Under the pieces are notes generated by a model. It was not told the DNA's origin and searched no databases. It was given only the letters and a program-made list of their open reading frames with translations. DNA of 64,000 bases from Octopus vulgaris (taxonomy: Eukaryota), in NCBI GenBank assembly GCA_951406725.2, contig OX597834.1, positions 2,728,001-2,792,000 of the forward strand. The letters run 5' to 3'. A program made the position numbers and the translations under genes. Shown piece by piece: positions 27,085-42,365 of this stretch. Numbering within the stretch: position 1 is the first letter of the stretch; every line of letters begins with the position of its first letter.

Positions 27085-27630
27085 TCAAACTAAGTCCATT
27101 CGGACGCTCTCCACTCACTATTAACAACAACACTGCTACGTCTCTCTGTCATTCCATCGACATACACAGATGTTTTCATTTCCCGCCGCCCAAACTCCCC
27201 ACCGCCACCGCCACCGCCACCAGCTTCCATTTTTGCCGATTCACCGACGTCGCACCGCCAACCATTTCTTATCGCAATGGTTTATTTTGCCAGTGTATAC
27301 CAATTAAAATCCAATATCAGGTAATTAAATTAGCAGAGGACTGTATCGCCGTTATCGTCGTCATCACGCTTCTATTCACAACGCTCATCAAAATCGGACT
27401 CTATTCTATATTACCACTCTCACTGAACAATAATAAACATATATAACGATAGTGTTCATGTAATATCTATGTCATGTGCTTAATTGTTAGTAGGTCTGGT
27501 CTCTCTATTCGCATATGTCTGTCTGTTGGTCTGATTGCCTGTTTTATGACTTTCTGTCATTCTTAACTAGCGAACTGCATACATATCTATTACTCTGTCA
27601 GCAGTTCTGCCTATGTCTGCTGCCTGTCTG

Positions 27631-27768
<138 letters not shown>

Positions 27769-28549
27769 AACAATCTATCTATCTATCCGTCTGTCTGCCT
27801 GTCTATCAGTTTGTCTGTCTAACTGACTGTCTACCTACCTCTATGTATCTATCTATTGCTTTGTCTATTTATCCATCTCCCTGTCTATAATCTCCTATAA
27901 TCTATCTCTCTGAATATATACGTACATATTCCTCAGTATGTGTGTTTGAGCGCTCGTGCGTGTATGTAATCATATATATATTACACATACATAATATGCA
28001 TATATATATATATATATATATATGATATATACATATCTACATATTTTTATTTACACATGTAATCTCTATCTTTTTCATTCGTTCATTTGTAAGTTGACCG
28101 CTGAAAACACTAGATTAAATTGATAATATTTCAGGTTTTTTGTTTCGTTTAAATTAATTTGACCATTCCGCAAATAAGTGTGCACTTATTTTCCGAAAAC
28201 GGAATGGGTGGAACGGGGAGGCAATTTGGTGGTGTATTAGTTCCTCTTCCTAGCAATCTGCGAACTGTCTGTTTCACCGTAATGCTTTTTTATAGAGCTA
28301 AAAACACTTCACCAATCACTCAATCCACTTCAAACTTTCTCGGAGTTTATTCGGACCTCTGCATTCTCTCTGTCTATTTGTCTCTCTTTGTGTCTCTATC
28401 TCTCTCTCATAATCTCCCCCTCTCTCTCTTTCTGGTTGTATATGTATCTCTCTCACTACCTCCACCTCTTTTTCTCTCCACAGGAAAAATACGTGAGACA
28501 GATAGAAAGGAGGTTAGGGAGAAAACACGAGCCAGAGGGGAGATGGAGG

Positions 28550-29030
28550 TAGCCACATCCATAAATCAATGGACAAAGTTGTCGACGAGGACGATGCTGT
28601 TCATTATCCTGCTGAATTCCTCAACAATCTGGAACCGTCCGGTATGCCGCCAGACAATCTTGAATTGAAGAAGGGCGCAGTCATCATGCTTCTCAGAAAC
28701 CTGGAGCAACCAAGATTGTGCAATGGTATAGATATAGTTGTGACTGAACTACAGCCTCACATATTCGAAATAAAAATCCTCACTGGATGTGGTAAGGGAG
28801 ATATTGTATTTATACCGAGAATAACCACTAATACCAACAGATGTCCCCTTTCGTTTCAAACGATTGCAATTCTCACTGAGGGCCAGTTACGCAATGACTA
28901 TTAACAATTCCCAAGGTCAAACACTGCCAAATGTATATAGGCCGTTCCAGGGTAGGTGACGCACAGAAACTCTTCATATATGCTTCAAAGAAAGAAGTTG
29001 ACATTCTTTGTATTTCCTGAAGTTCCGTAA
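28550..29030 (+). mobile_element. Helitron RepHel Pif1-like helicase C-terminal pseudogene fragment
   Basis: YPAEFLNNLEPSGMPPDNLELKKGAVIMLLRNLEQPRLCNG...ILTGCGKGDIVFIPRI, then after a frameshift PLIPTDVPFRFKRLQFSLRASYAMTINNSQGQTL. Confidence 0.92.
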
Positions 29031-29163
29031 ATGATTTATAATTTTCGTACAATACCTTTCTCTATTATCACCTATATTAATTTCTGTATTTAGATATTCG
29101 AAATAAATTTTTTACATTATGCTATGCTATGTTCAAATACTTTTTAACAATTTTTATTGTAAG

Positions 29164-29329
<166 letters not shown>

Positions 29330-29929
29330 TGATTGATTGATGAGGGTATATATAAAACATACTTACGTACATATATGCGTGTATGCGTATATGTGTGTAT
29401 GCTTATATATATATATAGGAGTGACTGTGTGGCAAGCAGCTTGCTTACGAACCACATGGTCCCGGGTTCAGTCCTACTGCGTGACACCTTGGGCAAGTCT
29501 CTTCTGCTGCAGCCTCGGGCCGACCAAAGCCTTGTGAGTGGATTTGGTAGACCAAAGCCTTGTGTGTGTGTGTATGTATGTATATATGTGTGCATATATT
29601 CCATTGCATATTTATTCCTGCATTCGGTTGTGTCAAACAATGCTGTCCGACTACATAAACGAACAATAATAATAATTATTTTATTTTACTTAATAGTTGG
29701 GGGCAGCTCCATGTAACTTGAAGTTTTGTAGGACGAATCTAACTCGTCAGGCATTTTTCGCGTACGAAACTTTAAGTTGCATGGAGTCGAGTGAAGCTGT
29801 CATTCAATAATACTTGTGAATCCTAACAAATGCCGAACGAGTTGCGTTCCACTTCCTTTTGTTTGTCCACACACTCGTGTATGTATTGCGTGTGCAAGAA
29901 AGTGATTTCGTTTTTCGGAAATAGAGTTA

Positions 29930-30310
29930 CGACTTTTTAAATGACTTTTGTCGATGTTATGATTTTTTTACGTTTGACATTTGATAGCCGTTACCTTTAG
30001 ATTACTTTAGATGTTAATTGCGAGTGATTTTGTTAACAATTGTTAGTTCTGTGCCTATTTTAACGTGGAGTGTAAAAACGAGCATTTTCACCATATTTTG
30101 ATTTTCTTTTATTTCCGTAAAGGCAACAAAGAGACGTTTATGGCGATGATTGCTTAGCAGAGCACAACCGTCAGAAATGGTTTCAAAATTTCCGTTCTGG
30201 AGATTTTTAAACTCAAAGATGACCAACATTCTGGTCGGTCTACTGAATCAAAGCCATAATTGAATCTGATTGTCACTCATATGTCTGAGTACTCCTAAGT
30301 CGTCTTCAAC
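29930..30310 (+). mobile_element. Mariner 5' / HTH remnant
   Basis: ECKNEHFHHIL...QKWFQNFRSGDF...KDDQHSGRSTE...KAIIESD. Confidence 0.75.
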
Positions 30311-30318
30311 GGGAGAAT

Positions 30319-30361
<43 letters not shown>

Positions 30362-30558
30362 GTCATTTTAATTATGATGTGATGCAGACAGTACACAATA
30401 CATGGTGTAAAACCTGTAGCTACTTTATACTAAATTCATTTCACATTACTCGAGTTTCATGCCTGATGTTTGCTGTATCTCCTTACAAGTCGAAACGCAT
30501 GAAAAGAATTCTGTTTAAACACAATATATATGTGCGTTTGTGTATTTATATGTTTGTG

Positions 30559-30599
<41 letters not shown>

Positions 30600-30600
<1 letters not shown>

Positions 30601-30760
30601 ATTGCAGCGTGGAAGGTGTTTATAAGCCATATAAGAAACACACAAAAGCCGTTCGATTCACTTCAACATTTAAGTTTAATTTGTCCACGCTGCAATTGTT
30701 TTCGTTTCAGCACACGATCTCAGATCAAATTACTTGCTATGCGAGTACATCTCCGTATAT
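30600..30760. repeat. Dispersed repeat in (TA)n, with a second copy at ~62500-62720
   Basis: Shared gtttcagcacacgatctcagatcaa.t.acttgctatgc.agtacatctccgta; local inverted attgcagcgtgga / tccacgctgcaat. Confidence 0.7.
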
Positions 30761-30830
30761 ATATATATATTTGCGTCTGTATGAGCATGTGCGTGTATAT
30801 ATATATGTATCTATGTATATCTATCTATCC

Positions 30831-30878
<48 letters not shown>

Positions 30879-30900
30879 CTACCTATCTATCTATCTATCC

Positions 30901-31008
<108 letters not shown>

Positions 31009-31219
31009 GTAAGAAGATAGTTGTCGATCGTGTTTGCAATATGAGACGCAGCATATTGCCCTTTGTCGTAATTGTTAACAACACAAAGGTACTCAGTTAT
31101 TTCAAACATTAATATATCAACAATAACAACTACTATTATTATTACTATTAATATTGTTGTTTTTGTTGGTGGTGGTAGTGTTAATCTTATTAACCATCAC
31201 AATAAAATTGATGATGATG

Positions 31220-31267
<48 letters not shown>

Positions 31268-31500
31268 GCAGTGGCAATATAAAAAATAGTTATCACCTTC
31301 TCGTTTACGCCTCCATCTTTGCCATGCTAACATTCCGCGTCATCACCACTAATGTCGTTATTGTTGTTATCATTTTTGCTATTGTTATCATCATCATCAT
31401 CATCATTATTATTAAAAATACTATTGGCAGTCACTATAATATTTATTGCAACAACAGTAGCAAATTGATTAATGATAACAATAACGATAATTGATAATAC

Positions 31501-31551
<51 letters not shown>

Positions 31552-31580
31552 TAAGAAGAAGAAGAAGAAGAAGAAAAAGA

Positions 31581-31625
<45 letters not shown>

Positions 31626-31649
31626 TAATCATAATGATAATGATAATGA

Positions 31650-31714
<65 letters not shown>

Positions 31715-31823
31715 ACTATAACAGTAACGCGAGATTTCACCAGTAATTTCGCTTAAAAATCTCTAGCAAAAAAAATCACTAGAGTTGCTAAGATATTACT
31801 ACTACAAATAACGACACCACTAG

Positions 31824-31958
<135 letters not shown>

Positions 31959-32228
31959 TATGATGAGGATGGTGGTGGTGGTGGTGGTGGTGGTGGTGAT
32001 GATAACAATAAAGATTATGCTAATCGAGCTATAGTAATATTATTAGAAACATTGATATTATTGTTATGATTAATGTATGAGTTTTATTATGAGATAATTA
32101 GCACGCTTGATTAGTTGATAACATTAGCAATGGTTACAATTATATCTCAGCTACAGGCGTAAGCAAAGACGGAGGTGACGAACACGAGGAGGATTGTGAT
32201 GGCCACGACGATGATGATGATGATGATG

Positions 32229-32286
<58 letters not shown>

Positions 32287-32440
32287 TAATAATAATAACA
32301 GCGCCACAACAGCAATAAGAATAATGATAACGGGTATGTTATTAAAGCTATGATGGAAGTTTAGATAAGAAAATGGTGATGTCTATTATTATTAACGCTG
32401 CTGTTGTTGTTGTTGCCGTTCTTCTTGTTATTGGTATTGC

Positions 32441-32531
<91 letters not shown>

Positions 32532-32553
32532 GTTATTATCATCATCATCATCA

Positions 32554-32627
<74 letters not shown>

Positions 32628-33029
32628 ATTGTGGCTAGTTTAATAGCCTATGGTGATTTGGTAAATATATTTACGTAAATTACGCCTAATTGAATGCGTA
32701 ACTATGTATATGTATATATGTGTGTGTGTAATATATATATATATATATATATATAAATATATACACATATATTTATATATGTATATACATATATCTATAC
32801 ATATATAATGCTTGTAAATGTATTCATGAGAGTACAAGTATACACAAATTTTATAGAGAGGTGATGCTCCAACATGGCCGCAGTCTAATGAGTGAAACAA
32901 GTAAAAATGAGTAAAAGCGAAGTTTATATTGATGAGGCTTTCAAATAATTTATGCACATGTGTGAAGAGATCGATAATTTACAGATACACCTATGCTTAT
33001 GCACACTCAAAAATACAATACATACAAAC

Positions 33030-33070
<41 letters not shown>

Positions 33071-33096
33071 CATATATATGTATATATATATATATG

Positions 33097-33155
<59 letters not shown>

Positions 33156-33295
33156 ATGTATATACATGTATATATACATATATACATATATATATATATG
33201 TACATACATGTATATATATACATGTATATACATATATATATATGTATATACATGTATATATATACATATATATATATTTATATATATATATGTAT

Positions 33296-33364
<69 letters not shown>

Positions 33365-33827
33365 TATACACACACATATACATCCGGAATATATTTCATA
33401 TGTCTACGCACAGTAAACATTAAAGAACAAGGGTCATAAAGCGAAAAGAAAAAGAGAAACGAGAAGGAAAAAAATATTTCCTTTCAAAAACGGAAAACCA
33501 ACTAAAGTAATATCTTATTTATTATTCATATAAATAACCTTCAACTTAATGATCAATCCCATAAAACCTTTACTACTAGGATGACTAATTTCATGGTAAC
33601 TCTTTCCTTCTCATCTTCTTCGCTCACACATTTTTTAGTAGTGCTTCCCACGATTAAATTTATCTCCCCTTCCTCCATCACTTTATTGATACTGTTCCAA
33701 CCAAACCACCTCTGTCGTATACCACGTTACTTTATTTCTATGCATGAGGAGGTTTTTATCGCTCCAAATATCGTTTGAAAGAGAAGTATAGGGTTGGATA
33801 TTGAAACTTGAAGTGCAGAACCCCCAT

Positions 33828-33865
<38 letters not shown>

Positions 33866-33869
<4 letters not shown>

Positions 33870-34026
33870 GAAATTTATAGAAAAACAAAAGACGAAGACA
33901 GGTGTATGAACAGCAAACAGGTGTATCAGTTTGACGCCCGGGAAAAATGAAAGTCTTTTACGTTTTGAGCTTACGCTCTTCAACAGAATGAAAAAATTTG
34001 TAGATTTTAGTTGTCTAGCATGGCGA
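33866..34026 (-). mobile_element. Penelope-like terminal element between two (TA)n tracts, with a degenerate hammerhead
   Basis: Minus strand reads tt CTGTTGA a GAGC gtaa GCTC aaaa CGTA aaag; related to 6557-6590. Confidence 0.55.
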
Positions 34027-34058
<32 letters not shown>

Positions 34059-34074
34059 CGGACGGTATTTGAGG

Positions 34075-34990
34075 TAGGCCAGTGGATTGAGATCTGGAGA
34101 ATTAGGAGGCCAAATGTTGAGGGTGATGTGATCAGGCAAATAGTCGGCCATCCGTTCTTGTGCCTTGTGTGATGGTGCAGAATCTTGTTGAAAGACACAA
34201 GGCCTCCCATTGCATACACCGTTGATCCTAGGCTTAACAACTTTATCCAGAACCTCAAAATACGAATCAGTATTCATCCTAAGGCCTTGTGGAAAAAAGT
34301 TAGGAGGCATCACATGCCCTTCATTTCTAACAACACTCAAAACCATGACACTTGCAGGAAATAGTGTGTACATTAGTCTTGGAACCTCAGAAGGGTTTGC
34401 ACATAGCCATCTGTCATTTCTTCAGTTAGTTTTCTGGTCCTGATCCTGGTCAAAGTTTGTCTCATCTGCGAAAAGCCAAATCACACCATCTTCTGATGGA
34501 TTTTTAAGTTTATTCAAAAGTCTTTTGGATCTGATTAAAGGGTTTTCTTTTTTGTTTTTTTCTGACATGTATTGACCTCTCCTCATCACGTAAGATTTGT
34601 ATCTGATGTCTTCATGCACAACATTTCTGACTGTTTTTTCTGACATACGAAATTATTTTGCAATTGATTTCATTGATTTTCCTGGGTTGTCATCAATGGT
34701 TTACTAAATTTCCTGAATAAATTCAGGTATTCTGAGAGAATTAGAGCGTTTGGAATCTTTTTTTTACATTTTCATACAGGTAATACGCATCCATCTTCTT
34801 TCTCTAGCTCACACCGAATCTAGTGGACAAAAGATCTTGCAACTTTCAGAAGACAAATTTCTAAATCACCATGCTTCGTCTTCAAAACCACAATCACAGC
34901 ATGCTTTTTCATTTCATTAGTAAGCACAGGGCCTGTCATTTTTAGATTCTGAAACAGAAGTTCAATAAAAAATTTGTCAAATAAAATAAT
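34075..34990 (-). mobile_element. Tc1/mariner maT (DD37D)-like transposase pseudogene
   Basis: VRNVVHEDIRYKSYVMRRGQ...WLFADETNF...VMVLSVVRNEGHVMPP...VFQQDSAPSH...IWPPNSPDLNPLAY. Confidence 0.9.
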
Positions 34991-35049
34991 GACTAAAAAT
35001 GCATGTGTCCTCAAATACTGTCCGCACACTGCCCGCGCGCGCGCACACT

Positions 35050-35080
<31 letters not shown>

Positions 35081-35126
35081 TGTTTTCGGATTTTCGCTGA
35101 AGATTTTTTGAAACTTGTATCTACAT

Positions 35127-35281
35127 ATAGGCGCAGGAGTGGCTGTGCGGTAAGTAGCTTGCTAACCAACCACATGGTTCTGGGTTCAGTCCCACTGCGT
35201 GGCATCTTGGGCAAGTGTCTTCTGCCGAATAATGCCTTGTGAGTGGATTTAGTAGACAGAAACTGAAAGAAGCCTGTCGTA

Positions 35282-35348
<67 letters not shown>

Positions 35349-35581
35349 ATGTGTGTGTGTGTTTGTGTGTCTGTGTTTGTCCACCTAGCATTGCTTGACA
35401 ACCGATGCTGGTGTGTTAACGTCCCTGTCACTTGGCGGTTCGGCAAAAGAGACCGATAGAATAAGTACTAGGCTTACAAAGAATAAGTCCCGGGGTCGAT
35501 TTGCTCGACTAAAGGCGGTGCTCCAGCATGGCCGCAGTCAAATGACTGAAACAAGTAAAGGAGTAAAAGAGTAAAAGAGTA
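35127..35581 (+). mobile_element. SINE family A, full-length reference copy
   Basis: tRNA-like head ggcgcaggagtggctgtgcggtaag...gggttcagtccc, CORE-like tcttgggcaagtgtcttct, internal (TA)(TG) microsatellite, tail (GTAAAAGA)n. Confidence 0.9.
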
Positions 35582-35684
35582 TGTTATGTCATTAATTTGG
35601 TACAATTTGTCCCATCGCAGCTGAATTCTTTATTCTTTATTTTTATATAAACATCAGTTGGTTATTCTTTATTTTACAGCTTCG

Positions 35685-36655
35685 ATAATGAGTATTGCAT
35701 TGAAAGCCATTTGACACTATCTGTGGAAGAAAAACAACCGAATGCAAGGGTAGCAGAAAAAGAAATTAATGGTGTGAGAGGCCCAGGAGCTGTCAATGAA
35801 TGTGTGGCACTAGACTAATTCAGACAGTTCAAAGAAGGTTACACCAGTCTCGAAGACAAACCAATGTCAGAGAAACTTGATGTAGAAGATTAGGTGTCGC
35901 TTGAACTGGATGAACAATAGCCAAACGCAAACACTCGTACATTGTGAGCCGAACATGGTCCTTCATAAAGCAACAACAAACGACACCTCCATACGCCTGG
36001 CCTTGTGACCATGCATAACGTCGTTTGGACAAAACATCCTCGAGATATCCGCTTTTGGTGTTGAATTGAAAAGGAGATGGAGGGAAAATGGATCTATTTT
36101 CGTAATTCCAATTAGAGAAATCAATGGCTTAGTTCCGGCAAAGCTTCAGAACCTGTTTATAAACAAAAGCTATTTGAAAATAAAATCATGTTGTATGTTT
36201 GGTAGAATTTCGAGGGAGCGCTGCACTTTCAGCTCCTCGTAGATGGTTATACTGGGAACGCTAACCTTTATGCTCAATGACTTCAGCGAGTATATGATGA
36301 TTTGAAAGCCAGCAACCCGGCATTGGGCAACAGGAGACGAGGACTTCTACAGCATGAAAATTCCCCAACATACGCAGCCAATGCGACCAAGGGCACACTT
36401 AAGAACCTAAAGGATTTGGAAATGCTGCGCCGAACTACATACAGTCCAGACCTTGCACCATAGGATTACCACCTTTTCCAAACTGAGGCTCATTTATTGC
36501 ACTGACGGTGGTTCAACAACGTGGATGTGGCTGATAATGGGCGCAGGGAGTTTTTCTTTTTACTTCTAAAGCAACCAAATGGTGTATGAATTGAGTTTCT
36601 GGCACAAAGATGGCAACAGACAATGGAATATGATGGGATATATTTTCATGAATAT
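35685..36655 (+). mobile_element. Near full-length degenerate mariner transposase
   Basis: FRQFKEGYTSLEDKP...KWIYF...KIMLYVW*NFEG...LLQHENSP...YSPDLAP*DYHLF. Confidence 0.88.
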
Positions 36656-36864
36656 ATGTTTTTCAAATGTAATTTGTTTTAACTATCAATTAAAACTTGA
36701 AATACGAAAAAACTTTTGATCCAAATTGGCGTTTATAAATATATCTACAGATACATGAACGCACATGCGTGTGTATGTGTGTGTGTGTGTGTGCCAGTGT
36801 GTATACGCATATGAATTTACATGTATATTTATGCAATAGATACACACACACACGCACCACCACC

Positions 36865-36902
<38 letters not shown>

Positions 36903-37622
36903 GTACGTATATATGTATGTACCAATGTATGTATTAGGCAACATAAATTCTTATCTTCATAAACTTCCATTATCGATAATTATTTAAGAACAAATAGATG
37001 CCGGGTCACTGCTTAAGATCTGGCAACGTTGAAAGAGTTTTCCGCTATTACAATATTAATAATAAAAACAGAAACTGTTTCCTAATTGATTTTTAACGCT
37101 GGGGCCATCTAACAATGTAGCCGAAGCTATCACCCCTTAACCTTCACTATCTCTCAGTTGTATTGAGATAGATGGCTTGAGATTAATCGCAAACTTTAAC
37201 AGCAGCCGTGCATTTACATTACAATATATCTATATGTATATGACGTGGCAGCTCGCCTTTCATCGCTACGTTGTGTTATTGCCGCACTGAGAAATGGTTG
37301 ACCTCTCATTAATGGATTATTAGTTTTTACATCGAGTTATTAGTAAGTTGATTGGTGGCTTTATGTAATCCTAAACGGATTTTTGGGTTTAATTGATTAA
37401 ATATCATAGTTCATGTCCTACAAGTTCTCTTCTTGTTTGCCTCCTTTGCCCCGCACTTACAGTTTTATTAATCAATAAATATACGAATATATATATCTAT
37501 AAAAAAACGTATTTATATATATAAGGAACATACATACTTACATACGTACATAAATACTTACACACATACATACACACATATAAGCACATACACATGCATA
37601 AAATTATTTGCTCTATTACGCA

Positions 37623-37691
<69 letters not shown>

Positions 37692-37692
37692 A

Positions 37693-37751
<59 letters not shown>

Positions 37752-38767
37752 TATATATATGCTTATATATATATATATTATATAAAACAGCGAGAGTGAG
37801 AGGGAGAGAGATGTATATACATATATATGCAAGCACGTATATATATACATACTTGTGCGTGCATTTGTATATATGTGTATGGTTATGTATGTGCGTATAT
37901 ATAAATACTTATGTATTGTATATACATGCAAATATATATAATACATATACATGTATACACACGCATACATGTATGTGTATGAACACGCACACAAATATGT
38001 GTGTATATATGTATATATAATTATATGCATATATATACATACACACATATATATATATATATATATACATACAAATATATATACATACAAATATATATAT
38101 ATATATACAAACAAATATAAATATATATGTATATTTGTATATGTGTGTGTATGCATGTATGTATAAAAGATGAACTAAATGTCCTTTTAGCAATGATGGC
38201 ACCCGTCTGCAACGGAGGTCAAGGAAGGTCAGTTGCGCTTCCACGTGCAAATGTCTCGTCATCCTTTGTCCATCCCTCACGTCCACCGTCCCTCCTCTTT
38301 CTATCGCATTCATGAAACCCTTACTGCTATACATTCCAGGATAACCTGCTTTCGATCCCTCCCCCTCGCCACTCGAACCACATTGGGTCACTGAACATTA
38401 TATGACCGCAAGTTTGGGCACTGCTACTACATGACTGTTGTTCTGAGATATTTTAGAACTTTGAATCTTCTCCTGCCATGTGATAATTTGATAATGACAC
38501 TTCTCTCCTTAAGAATCTGCATCCAATTTGCATTATAAATATCCATTATGGGGGTTGCAAATAATCTCATTAACGACCCGTACGTAGGGAACTAACGGTA
38601 TATACTGCCCTCTGCTGCTTATCATCCTTTTTCGTCTACACAGACATAGTCTATAACAATGCCGTAAATAGAATAAGTTTATCGCAAAAGGTTGTTTATT
38701 TTAGTTGTTGTTTATATATTTTACCTTTTTTTTTACAAATGGCACCTCTAGAAACATACGTGTTAAG

Positions 38768-39020
38768 CCTTAATCAGTGACCTTTTGAGCGGGATGGGCT
38801 ACTCTACCCGAAGAAAATTCTAACTGGGCCCCCACCTGCAAGGTTATGCGCTGTTTATCTTGATACGAGATCACCATGTCGTGCACAAATGGTTGTAATG
38901 CCTGTGCCTGGTGTACCCTTATCAGACGAGTAGTCATGATGGGTATACTGTGTTTCGTATATTTGTACCCCAGTGTCACTTTGATGATGTGCACAACTCT
39001 CTCACTCAATAATAATAAGA
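38768..39020 (+). mobile_element. SINE/LINE-like 3' fragment ending in ctctctcactc(AAT)n
   Basis: Block of higher GC content ending in an AAT tail; family not identified. Confidence 0.45.
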
Positions 39021-39044
39021 AGAATCATAATCATCAGTATTGCT

Positions 39045-39247
39045 ATTATAGGCACAAGGCATGGAATTGGGGTGGGGAGGGATACTCGATTACATTGATC
39101 CCAGCACTGAACAGATACTTAATTTATCGACCCCGAAAAGATGAAAAGCAAAGTCGACCTCGGCGGAATTTGAACTCAGAACAGCCACAGACGAAATACC
39201 GATAAGCATTTCGCCCAGCATGCCAAAGATTCTGCTGTCACGCCGCC

Positions 39248-39312
<65 letters not shown>

Positions 39313-39835
39313 CCTTTCTAATATAGGCACACGGCCTCAGTTTTGTGGGGAGGGGTACAGTCAATCATACCGGCCCCAGTACTCAACAGGTACTTAATTC
39401 ATCGACCCCGAAAGGATGAAAGGCAAAGTCGACCCCGGTAGTTCGCCCGGCCTGCTAAGGGTTGTGCCAGCTTGCTGCTTCTGTAATAACATACGTTATT
39501 AATAATCCTTTCTAAAATAGACACATGGCCTGAGATTTAGTGGGAGGGTGTTATTTGATTACGTTGACCCAAGTGTTCAACTGGTACTTAATTTATCGAC
39601 CCCAAAAGATAGCAGTTTGTAATTTAAACACGAGGACGGCTGTTTTAAGGGGAGAAGCATAGTCGATATGATCAACCCCAATAGCTGACAGGTACTTTAT
39701 TTTATTGATCTTGGAGCGGGTGAACAGAAAAATTGCCCCGAGTGTGATTTGAACTCAGAATGTAAAGTGTCAAAACAAGTAGAACGAAACCTATTTCTCC
39801 AGCTCTAACGTATTTTCTGTCAGCTCGTCACCTTT
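39045..39835 (-). mobile_element. Cluster of about four tandem SINE family B copies or fragments
   Basis: Repeated ggtacttaatt(t)atcgaccc(c)gaaa(g)gatgaa and gaatttgaactcagaa blocks near 39110, 39390, 39580 and 39690. Confidence 0.85.
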
Positions 39836-40204
39836 TGAATAACAGCAGCGTAACAATAATGATAATAATAATTAATTATTATTCTAAATTAATGATTGCA
39901 ATATTTTTAGGTGGTGATGGTGTTGAAGGAATTAATTGATTAATTGAAAAGAAAAAGAAATAATCAGTAAAACATTTGGCGATTCCAGTTCCTTGAAGAA
40001 CCGCGAAAATTTCCATAACATAATGTGGGAAAAAAACAATAATAAAAAAAAGAAAATGCTTAAAGAATTTGAGTGTGCTGTGAATTAGAATCGAACCTGT
40101 AAAGAAATTATTCAATTAACCATTCACGAAGATTATATTTGGTTTTGCACGACATAAATACCGACACGTTAGGAATGGATGAACAAATGAATTAAAGCAA
40201 AATA

Positions 40205-40308
<104 letters not shown>

Positions 40309-40348
40309 CATCATCATCATCATCATCATCATCATTATTATTATTATT

Positions 40349-40404
<56 letters not shown>

Positions 40405-40674
40405 TAATATAAATGATTCTAAATGACGAAAAACAAATTTTAAACGAAAAAATTAAAGCCAAAAATAACGACAGAAGCAAAGACTGCGACAACAACGTCG
40501 AAAACAACAACAATCGCAACCATAACAACAACGACAAAGAACGAAAAATAAAATGAAATGAATAAAATAACTGAATAGCGAAAAAAGAAAGAGAGAACAT
40601 CTTAAAGCAATGAAGAATCATATCAAGAAGACCAGGAGGGGAGAGAAAATAAAATAAAATATGAGACTTGTAAA

Positions 40675-40706
<32 letters not shown>

Positions 40707-40712
40707 TGTGTT

Positions 40713-40780
<68 letters not shown>

Positions 40781-40781
40781 C

Positions 40782-40818
<37 letters not shown>

Positions 40819-41242
40819 CACATATATATATAACGACACTTTCGCTAGCGACGGCAAATTGCAAAAGCCGCCATTTTAATCGTGATAGAAGGAATATTCT
40901 TGACTCTGAAACTGAAAACACATACAAACACATTTGTATAATAATTCTTATCACGTGGTAACATCATCGTTTGTTTGATGTAGCTTCACACATTTCGTGT
41001 TGTTATTATCATTATTAATTTTTTTGCATGGTTTATCGAATGGAATCTTTTTTAGTTATAGTCTCTTTATCTCGATGCGTCCGCCACTTCCTCCACCACA
41101 AAGAAAGTTAAACAAAAAACAAATTTTTTTTATTAAAAAAATAATGAATAAATAAATAAACCGTTGCAAAAAATTGTAGTTTAGATTGTTATTTTACATG
41201 TCTGATCAAAGAATATGGTTTCTTGTCATGCACGATTGTGAA

Positions 41243-41753
<511 letters not shown>

Positions 41754-41929
41754 GTGGAGGAGAAATGGGAGGAGGGGGGAAAGCGGCGGAGGAAGAGCAG
41801 AAGGATGATAATGATGATGATGTTGATGTTTTATTTTTATTTGCCAATGTTGCGTCATATGAGACGGACGTGGGGAGCGTGACGTTATAATTTGTACGAA
41901 GGTTTACAAAGACTCGGGGGTGGAAAAAC

Positions 41930-42365
41930 ATTCTTAGATAAAAGACCTGAAATATGGCGGTGGAATATGTCGATTCCATCAGCTCCGGTACTTGACTGGT
42001 ACTTTATCTAATCGGCACCGAAAAGATGAAATGCTAAGCCGACTACAACAGGATTTGAACTCAGAACGTAAAGCCGAAAGAGAACACAAGACATTCTTTC
42101 GACGCTTTAAAGATTCTGCCAGTTTGTCGTCTTATATAATCCTTTCTTCTGTAGACACAAGGTCTGAAATTTTGGGGGAGTAGGTTGGTGGGGAGGCTAG
42201 TCGATTACATCGACCCTAGTGCTCAACTGGTACTTATTTCATCGACCCCGAAAGGACGAAAGGCAAAATCGACCTCGGAAGAATTTGAACTCAGAACCAA
42301 AAACTAAAACCAAGAAGAAATCTCTTAGCATTTCGTCCTCGGTGCCAACGATTTTGCCGGTTCCT
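41930..42365 (-). mobile_element. Two tandem SINE family B copies
   Basis: Two ctggtactt...cgaaa.ga.gaaa...gatttgaactcagaac blocks. Confidence 0.8.

Noticed and set aside
28569-28904. Cellular PIF1 helicase gene
   Set aside because: It is a frameshifted fragment with Helitron-type motifs and no other exons, so a transposon relic.
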